Origin: an uncultured virus (IMG/VR IMGVR_UViG_3300025502_001355)
Taxonomy: Duplodnaviria; Heunggongvirae; Uroviricota; Caudoviricetes
Reading direction: 5' to 3' (one strand)
Virus record (IMG/VR): IMGVR_UViG_3300025502_001355
DNA: 64,000 nucleotides
Part shown: piece by piece, positions 57,862 through 64,000 of the stretch
Layout of the letters: every line of letters begins with the position of its first letter
How positions within the stretch are numbered: position 1 is the stretch's first letter
Position numbers and translations under genes: made by a program
Notes under the pieces: generated by a model
Database searches by the model: none
Told to the model about the DNA's origin: nothing
Seen by the model: only the letters and a program-made list of their open reading frames with translations

Positions 57862-59705
57862 TAATACTCGAAGGCGGAAATATATTTAAAGGTGCAGACA
57901 AGCAACCTTTAACACAACGTATCAAACGTGAGGATATTCCTGCCACTGTAGCCTGGCTTGAAAAAGTTTCCGGACTACCATTCCCCACAAACACTTGGTT
58001 GGGAAGTACAGGCAAAAAAGACACATCAGGTGACCTTGACTTACAGGTAGATGCCAACACCACAGACAAAGACACACTGGTACAAATACTATTAGCCGCA
58101 GGTGTTGCTAAAACAGACATCAAAAAGTCCGGTGATAGTGTACACGTTAAAGCACCTATAGCAGGCAACTCTGCTAACGGATTTGCACAAGCAGATTTGA
58201 TGTTTACAGATGACCCAGCCTGGCAATCCTTTGCTATGGCAGGCAGTGGTGAAGGCAGTGTACTACCAGGTATGGCAAGACACATTATACTAAGCAGTAT
58301 TGTTGCTGAACTACAGCCTAATCTAAAGTGGAGTTATAAAAACGGATTGGTTTTTAGAGATACCAACCAACCTTATGAGAACGGCAAGAGTCCGGCTACA
58401 CTAAGCAAGGTAACTGGCATTCCTGTAGCAAAACTCAGCTCAGCAGATGATATAGTTGCCGCTATTAAAGGGTCAAGCAATTACGAACAACTGATTGGCA
58501 GAGCAAGAGAAACATTAGAAAAGTCAGATATACAGTTACCAGAGTCTGCACCACTGCCGGGCACAGGTGCTTGGTTCAACAGCATGGCAGAAAGTAGCAA
58601 GTTTGGTTTTGTAAAAAGCCTAACAGAAAACACAAAAGGTCGTACTCCGCATCCAGAGGATGCTATATTCTCAGGCAGTGCCGCGGCAAAACAACAGTTA
58701 GCAGGACTTAATGCACTAGTAGCAAATCCTAACAATTTAACTATCAAGTGGGACGGGTTCCCTGCACTTATATTTGGTAGAGATCCTGCAGACGGTAAAC
58801 TTGCAGTAATGGACAAGTATATGTGGAACAAAGGCGTACTAGCCAAGAATGTAGATGAGTGGAAGCAGTACGACAGCACCAAAGCATCGGGCGGGTTGCG
58901 TGGTGACTTATACGACAAACTAGCACAGATTTGGCCAGGGTTGGATGCGGCTACGAAGAGTCCTGGGTTTTATTGGGGAGACTTGCTATATTCTGGTAAG
59001 TTAGACCCGCAGGGTGGATCATACAATTTTAAACCAAATACCGTTGAGTATCGTATACCGGTTAACAGTAATCTAGGAAAAATAGTAGGTAATAGTATAG
59101 GTGGTATAGTAGTACATCAAAAGTTCTCAGAGCTAGGTGGTGCCAGTACTCAATGGGACGGTAAAGGCCTTGAAAATGTTCCAGGTGGTGTAGCAGTGTT
59201 AACACCAAGTGCAGGACTACGCTTCGAGTTAAAACAGCCTGTACAGTTAGCTAAACGTGCCACTGCCACAATACAACAGCATGGTACAGCAGTAGATGCA
59301 TTGTTGGCACAAATACCTGCAAGTACAATACAGCAGATACAACGTTACTTTAATCAATTTGTAACAGGGCAAACAAAACAACCACTTTACACATGGTTGG
59401 AAAGTAACACCAGTGCCAAACAATATCAAAATTTAGTAGGTGATGATTATAGTGGGTTATTATTTGCTAAAGATGCACAAGGTAAGACCGTTGCTAGTCC
59501 AGGATACAACGGAATTAATACCATATTCAGTGCTATATTGCAGTACAAACAAAATCTACATGATCAGTTAGATTCACAAATCCAAGGATTTGGACAATTT
59601 GTAAACAATAAACCTGCAGGCGAAGGTTTTGTTTTCCCCACCCCACAAGGACTAGTTAAAGTAGTCGATCGCGCCGGCTTCAGCGCCGCAAATTTTGCCA
59701 AGTAA
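57858..59705 (+). CDS. Fusion of a pol-beta-like nucleotidyltransferase and an ATP-dependent ligase-fold domain
   Basis: LGS...SGDLD...QAD; TIKWDG, WGD, EGFV, LVKVV. Confidence 0.6.
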   Translation: MIILEGGNIFKGADKQPLTQRIKREDIPATVAWLEKVSGLPFPTNTWLGSTGKKDTSGDLDLQVDANTTDKDTLVQILLAAGVAKTDIKKSGDSVHVKAPIAGNSANGFAQADLMFTDDPAWQSFAMAGSGEGSVLPGMARHIILSSIVAELQPNLKWSYKNGLVFRDTNQPYENGKSPATLSKVTGIPVAKLSSADDIVAAIKGSSNYEQLIGRARETLEKSDIQLPESAPLPGTGAWFNSMAESSKFGFVKSLTENTKGRTPHPEDAIFSGSAAAKQQLAGLNALVANPNNLTIKWDGFPALIFGRDPADGKLAVMDKYMWNKGVLAKNVDEWKQYDSTKASGGLRGDLYDKLAQIWPGLDAATKSPGFYWGDLLYSGKLDPQGGSYNFKPNTVEYRIPVNSNLGKIVGNSIGGIVVHQKFSELGGASTQWDGKGLENVPGGVAVLTPSAGLRFELKQPVQLAKRATATIQQHGTAVDALLAQIPASTIQQIQRYFNQFVTGQTKQPLYTWLESNTSAKQYQNLVGDDYSGLLFAKDAQGKTVASPGYNGINTIFSAILQYKQNLHDQLDSQIQGFGQFVNNKPAGEGFVFPTPQGLVKVVDRAGFSAANFAK

Positions 59706-59775
59706 CTCTTAATTTTTTTTAAATCTGTATAAATATTAGCATGCGATATTTCGCACTAATATTAGGAGAATTAAA

Positions 59776-60207
59776 ATGGCAGGATTAACAAAAGTACACG
59801 GTGATAGTCAAGTTGTAGTTAACGTTGGCGATTCGCTAGTTCAAAACGCAAACTCAGTAATCATCAACACTGGTATTGCATCACCAATTGACGCATACAA
59901 CATTCAGTTTGTGGCTGGTAACATCGCAGGCGAATTACGTCGCGGTACAAACGGAACAGCAGGTGCTGTTGAAACAGTATTGAACGCAATTAGTAACAAC
60001 GCAACCGTGGTAGCATATCAGGTTGACCTTGGCGCTACAGTCGCTAACTCACAAGTTAGTGTTGTTCTAGAGCGTAGTTCATGGGAAAGCGCACTCGCAA
60101 TGCAGACTGCATTACGTGCGGACTTGGCAGCAAACATTGGTGCTAACGGTCCTATGACCACAACCACAATGGATGTTCGTAAAGTTGGTATTAGACTAGC
60201 TAGTTAA
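59776..60207 (+). CDS. Probable virion structural protein, paralog 1
   Basis: TATAAATA at 59728, AGGAG SD; Ala/Gly/Thr/Val-rich. Confidence 0.65.
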   Translation: MAGLTKVHGDSQVVVNVGDSLVQNANSVIINTGIASPIDAYNIQFVAGNIAGELRRGTNGTAGAVETVLNAISNNATVVAYQVDLGATVANSQVSVVLERSSWESALAMQTALRADLAANIGANGPMTTTTMDVRKVGIRLAS

Positions 60208-60231
60208 TTAACTTAACTAACAGCAGTAAAC

Positions 60232-60260
60232 AAAAAGCAGACTTCGGTCTGCTTTTTTTT
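60232..60260 (+). terminator. Intrinsic terminator with C(UUCG)G loop
   Basis: AAAAAGCAGAC-TTCG-GTCTGC-T8. Confidence 0.92.
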
Positions 60261-60304
60261 GGCTTATTAATAAATACTTGCATATACTATTTAGGAGATT
60301 TAAA

Positions 60305-60649
60305 ATGGCAGGTTTAACAAGAGCAAATCCTACAGCAACTACGCTAGGATATGAAGTAATCGGTAAAGAAGCACAGTTTTTTACAATTGACTATATTAAC
60401 GCAATTAATGGTTCAGCTGGACCAGAAGGCGCACAACAAGCAGTTTTAGAAACAATCATGGGTACAGCTACAATTCTTGCCGCTGGTACATTGGGTAACT
60501 CAAACACAGAACAGACTTTCATGACCGAAGGTGGTGCCGCAGTTGTAGTTGGTACATTACAAGCGGCAATCAGAGCATTAGGTACTGTTGACGGTGTTAA
60601 CTTAGCTTCAGCAACTGTAACAGCAAAAGACTTTTACATCGCTTTGTAA
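60305..60649 (+). CDS. Probable virion structural protein, paralog 2
   Basis: TAAATA at 60271, AGGAG SD; LQAAIRALGT. Confidence 0.65.
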   Translation: MAGLTRANPTATTLGYEVIGKEAQFFTIDYINAINGSAGPEGAQQAVLETIMGTATILAAGTLGNSNTEQTFMTEGGAAVVVGTLQAAIRALGTVDGVNLASATVTAKDFYIAL

Positions 60650-60672
60650 TAATAGTAATTAAGAGTAACAAG

Positions 60673-60696
60673 AAAGGTGCTCCGGCACCTTTTTTT
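60673..60696 (+). terminator. Intrinsic terminator
   Basis: AAAGGTGC-TCCG-GCACC-T7. Confidence 0.88.
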
Positions 60697-60725
60697 GTGG
60701 CTAAATATTGGTGGAGATATACACT

Positions 60726-61073
60726 ATGGCAGGAATATCAAGAAGTTCGGGCTACGAATTTGCAGGATCAACAGACACACTATACCGTTTTGGCGGAAGT
60801 GTACGTTTCTTTAAGATTGACACGGGCGTTGATCTACGGTTCGAAGACGATGGGTCTGATGAAGCGTATGAAGCAATACTGCAAGCCATTCCGGGTTTAC
60901 TAGCAGTTAGTTCAGTTGGTGCAACCGGAACCGTGCATGTATGTGTTGAAGCACACAGTTGCTTGGATGCTGTGCCTTTGCAACAACAAATACAGGCCAT
61001 CGGAACATCGAAAGGTGCGGTAAACCTTGGAACAACTACAGTAACTGAAGGAACAAGTTTTACTGTATCCTAG
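60726..61073 (+). CDS. Probable virion structural protein, paralog 3
   Basis: TAAATA at 60702, GGAG SD; LQQQIQAIGT. Confidence 0.6.
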   Translation: MAGISRSSGYEFAGSTDTLYRFGGSVRFFKIDTGVDLRFEDDGSDEAYEAILQAIPGLLAVSSVGATGTVHVCVEAHSCLDAVPLQQQIQAIGTSKGAVNLGTTTVTEGTSFTVS

Positions 61074-61091
61074 ACTGTTATAAATATCTGT

Positions 61092-61517
61092 ATGCAGTAC
61101 TATACGGGATTTACACTAGTCGACATAACTAATACCGGAGTAACACGTAGTCGTACCGGCAACGATCACGTGCGTAACCAACAGCGTAACTGGGAAACAC
61201 TGATCCAAGTTCTCAGTCTGAGAACCCAACCACTTGAGATCAACGGTCCGATTGACAGTAGTTATGAACTGTCAGGCGATAGTATCTTTGGAGAAATGTA
61301 TAGGGGATTGCACACTGTTTGGTATTTTAGTTTTGGCGTGGAAGCACACAGCGTTTTTACTAAAGGAAAAGACACTGTTGGGCGGTTGTACGATGACTTT
61401 GCAGAAGTACCAATCATACAAGGACTAGATGAAACAGCAAGGTTTATGTTGCCTATATTTTACCCACATGGTGCTATTAAAAACATACACTTTATTGATC
61501 AACGTATAACACTATAA
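61092..61517 (+). CDS. Late hypothetical protein
   Basis: TATAAATA 5 nt before ATG; TLVDITNTG...QQRNWET. Confidence 0.65.
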   Translation: MQYYTGFTLVDITNTGVTRSRTGNDHVRNQQRNWETLIQVLSLRTQPLEINGPIDSSYELSGDSIFGEMYRGLHTVWYFSFGVEAHSVFTKGKDTVGRLYDDFAEVPIIQGLDETARFMLPIFYPHGAIKNIHFIDQRITL

Positions 61518-61602
61518 ATAGTATATTAACGGCATTCATTGGCACACTCTCACGGCAAGTAACAGAACCCTGTAGTATTGTAGAGCACGATCAAATTTGA
61601 AA

Positions 61603-61890
61603 ATGGAAACAGAAATGGCAGAGAGTGAAAGAAAAGACCTTGAAGCGCACGTTGATTTATGCGCTGAAAGGTACAAAACGTTGCACAAAAAACTAGACAA
61701 TGTTGAAGCAAGACTCAATGGTGTCGAAGAGCATATTATATATGTACGGGCAAAATTGTCCGAATTCAAATCCCTGGGTCAATTAGCAAGCAATGAATCC
61801 AATAAAACACTGATTGGTGTAATGACTGCTGTGGGTGCGGCACTGCTCGCAGGTTTAATTGCCACTGTTGTTCAACTAACCATAAAATAA
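61603..61890 (+). CDS. Coiled-coil protein with C-terminal TM helix
   Basis: LEAHVDLCAERY, heptad pattern, hydrophobic C-terminus. Confidence 0.6.
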   Translation: METEMAESERKDLEAHVDLCAERYKTLHKKLDNVEARLNGVEEHIIYVRAKLSEFKSLGQLASNESNKTLIGVMTAVGAALLAGLIATVVQLTIK

Positions 61891-61892
61891 TA

Positions 61893-62114
61893 ATGAAGAT
61901 AATAGAACTAGTAAATAAAGTTAGCCTGCCTATTACAAATGAAGAATCAGATGTACTAGGTCAATTTCAGGAAAAGCCTGTAATTAGAAAAGCTGAACTG
62001 AACGAACGAGAACAAGAATTAGCAAACTCACTTGTTAATAAAGACATATTACTAAGACAAACAAATGAAGAAGGCAAGATTATCTACAAAGCAAGAAAAG
62101 GCATTATTAACTGA
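61893..62114 (+). CDS. Small hypothetical protein
   Basis: MKIIEL N-terminus; LNEREQ..ANSLVNKDIL. Confidence 0.6.
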   Translation: MKIIELVNKVSLPITNEESDVLGQFQEKPVIRKAELNEREQELANSLVNKDILLRQTNEEGKIIYKARKGIIN

Positions 62115-62598
62115 CATAGTACTCAACATGGGAGTTGCGTACATCAAACGATTCACAAACAAAGAGCTTAATAAATTTAAAAACAAACCTGTAGTTATTC
62201 CGGTTGGTAATTACAGGTTTTTTATTGGTCCGTACGAAGTCAAAGGTATACACAAAGACTGTTGGGAAGTAACCAGAGACGGGCAGTATATACACAACTT
62301 CTTATCAAAACTAAACGCAATGCTGTATTGTATCGGTTGCACACGAGATCAATATCAGCAATCTTGTGAAATTAAAAAATGGGACAGCAGATTGGGTAAT
62401 TTAACCACTGATTTGGTATATTATGCAAGACACATTAAGATAGAGCAGGGTCGGGGAGACATTGATAAGAAAGAAATGTTTACCAACAGATACATTGACG
62501 CCAAACTACAGCAGGAACATGCCATAATCAATTTACAGAAAACAATTAACTCGGCTAAATACAATAACTTTAGGAATATGAACAATGAAACTATCTGA
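62065..62598 (+). CDS. Hypothetical protein (start uncertain)
   Basis: Fills the gap, overlapping its neighbours. Confidence 0.5.
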   Translation: MKKARLSTKQEKALLTDIVLNMGVAYIKRFTNKELNKFKNKPVVIPVGNYRFFIGPYEVKGIHKDCWEVTRDGQYIHNFLSKLNAMLYCIGCTRDQYQQSCEIKKWDSRLGNLTTDLVYYARHIKIEQGRGDIDKKEMFTNRYIDAKLQQEHAIINLQKTINSAKYNNFRNMNNETI

Positions 62599-63268
62599 AA
62601 TGAACACTAAACCGTCAGCAACTAAGATTAATAAAGTTATGGAAAGCCGTTTTGGCAAAAAGATTAACTACAGCAAACTAGACTTTAGTAAGGCATACGG
62701 TCTTGCTAATGCTCTGACAGAAAGCCTTGACAAGATTAAAAACAGTCATGGTATACACAAAGCAGAAACAAATCCAAAATACATGCACTTGTTGATGGTA
62801 CGTGAAGGAATTCACAAATGGATGGTTGAGAACAAACAACAACTAATTCAAGAAAGTGAAATGGGTCGTAGCCAGGCTATACTAGCCGCTAAAGATATGG
62901 TTGACAGCGTACAAGACATGCTTGAAGATGTTAGCGAAATGGCTAACGAGCAGATGCCAGCACTACTTGACACAATACGTGATCAAATTGGCATGACTGA
63001 AGCAGAAAACTTCAAAGGCAGTGTTGGCGGTATACTAGAAACTCTTCAAGCCGCAATCAGTTCATCACGTGAACAGATGGATATGGCAGCTCGTGCATTG
63101 GCAGGTGAGCAAACAGACCAACCAATGGACATGGCAATGGGCAGTCCAGAAGCAGACATGGCTCCTCCAGTTGATGCCGGCGAAGTTGATGTTGAAGTTG
63201 GTGATGAGTTTGATGCTACAGAACCAGCTGTGGGTGCAGATGAAGTTGGTCGCGAAAAGCGAGACTAG
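62585..63268 (+). CDS. Acidic helical late protein (scaffold-like)
   Basis: TAAATA at 62556; MKLSEM; acidic tail ending GREKR. Confidence 0.55.
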   Translation: MKLSEMNTKPSATKINKVMESRFGKKINYSKLDFSKAYGLANALTESLDKIKNSHGIHKAETNPKYMHLLMVREGIHKWMVENKQQLIQESEMGRSQAILAAKDMVDSVQDMLEDVSEMANEQMPALLDTIRDQIGMTEAENFKGSVGGILETLQAAISSSREQMDMAARALAGEQTDQPMDMAMGSPEADMAPPVDAGEVDVEVGDEFDATEPAVGADEVGREKRD

Positions 63269-63271
63269 TAA

Positions 63272-63733
63272 ATGAAAGTCAATGATATTGTTGTTGAGAA
63301 CGTCATCGACGACATGCTTGAAGATGATGCAACGGATCACGAAAACGGTGCATTATTAACTATCTTATCTTATCTACAAAACAGAGCGGCTGACACCCAC
63401 AAACAGCCACGCATACGTGCTGATAGCTTAATTAATCTTGTGCAGGCCGCTGGTTTCCCACAGTTTAATTATCAAACGCTACTAAACATTTCGAAGAACA
63501 ACGAAAATGCTAAAAGCCTAATTAAAGATGTCAAGGACGTAACAGTTAAAAGTAAAGACAACAAGGTTACATTGGGGCAAGGTGGCGAACTAGTAAAGTA
63601 CGTGTATATTAACCCAGTAAATGATGAAGATTTGGATCTTGATACAGAACAAGATACTGCTCCTAAAACAGCGCCTGAGAAGAAAGTTGATTCGATGGCC
63701 AAACGTGCCGCAAAAGCTCGACCTAATCTATAA
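63272..63733 (+). CDS. Hypothetical late protein
   Basis: MKVNDIVVE; C-terminal VDSMAKRAA. Confidence 0.6.
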   Translation: MKVNDIVVENVIDDMLEDDATDHENGALLTILSYLQNRAADTHKQPRIRADSLINLVQAAGFPQFNYQTLLNISKNNENAKSLIKDVKDVTVKSKDNKVTLGQGGELVKYVYINPVNDEDLDLDTEQDTAPKTAPEKKVDSMAKRAAKARPNL

Positions 63734-63801
63734 TACTGTACTTAAATAAATTTGACATGTATGCACATGATAGTGTAGTATAATACTCTTGACTGTATAT
63801 T

Positions 63802-64000
63802 ATGAAAATATTATTCTACCATTCTGAAGATAAACTATTCCATGACGTTGTACATCCTAATGACAGCGTTTTTGTGAAATCAACTAGTCTTTACCTTAAG
63901 ACATATATAGAAATTAAAAAACCACAAATAGCCAAGAAGTTGGAATGGGCGATCCCACAACAAGTTAAGTTATCTGACGATGAGCTAGTAAGTCTGATCC
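63802..64000 (+). CDS. 5' part of a CDS running off the window
   Basis: Open frame MKILFYHSEDK...LYLKTYIE...; promoter-like elements upstream. Confidence 0.5.
   Translation, partial: MKILFYHSEDKLFHDVVHPNDSVFVKSTSLYLKTYIEIKKPQIAKKLEWAIPQQVKLSDDELVSLI

Noticed and set aside
9..63702. Many short minus-strand and nested ORFs in the track (e.g. 3724-4179, 20206-20829, 21013-21486)
   Set aside because: They shadow well-supported + strand genes and show no motifs or expression signals
1..64000. Stop-codon reassignment, tRNA or rRNA genes
   Set aside because: Genes tile densely in the standard code with all three stops in use; no cloverleaf or rRNA-like stretch was seen in the short intergenic gaps (tRNAscan not run)

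Overview
This 64-kb window is a gene-dense, mostly + strand segment of a large T4-related (probably jumbo) bacteriophage. The PstS, FdxA and desaturase types suggest an aquatic proteobacterial host (inference). It carries head-associated proteins, the large terminase, T4-like replication/recombination genes (gp32 SSB, UvsX, UvsY, UvsW, gp62-like, primase, gp41 helicase) and a 192-aa mini DnaE-like polymerase core. Accessory genes include five radical SAM enzymes, two sugar-nucleotide/glycosyltransferase clusters, a Pho-box-preceded pstS plus porin-like module, a ferredoxin, a fatty acid desaturase and an early-gene island. Transcription signals are of two kinds: consensus sigma70 promoters and T4-late-like TAAATA elements, many apparently leaderless. 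Highlights: (1) terL is fractured by an atypically split, Gln-ending intein, with a free-standing HNH gene between the halves. (2) The N-half ends in a synonymously recoded copy of the downstream extein (DEFAFV) that overlaps the endonuclease's own late promoter. (3) A stem-loop plus terminator at the end of the early island exposes a loop antisense to the RBS and start codon of upstream early genes, a candidate phage sRNA. (4) A putatively head-packaged nucleotidyltransferase/ligase-fold fusion is present. No tRNA, rRNA or CRISPR array was seen. All calls are by motif recognition; no searches were run.
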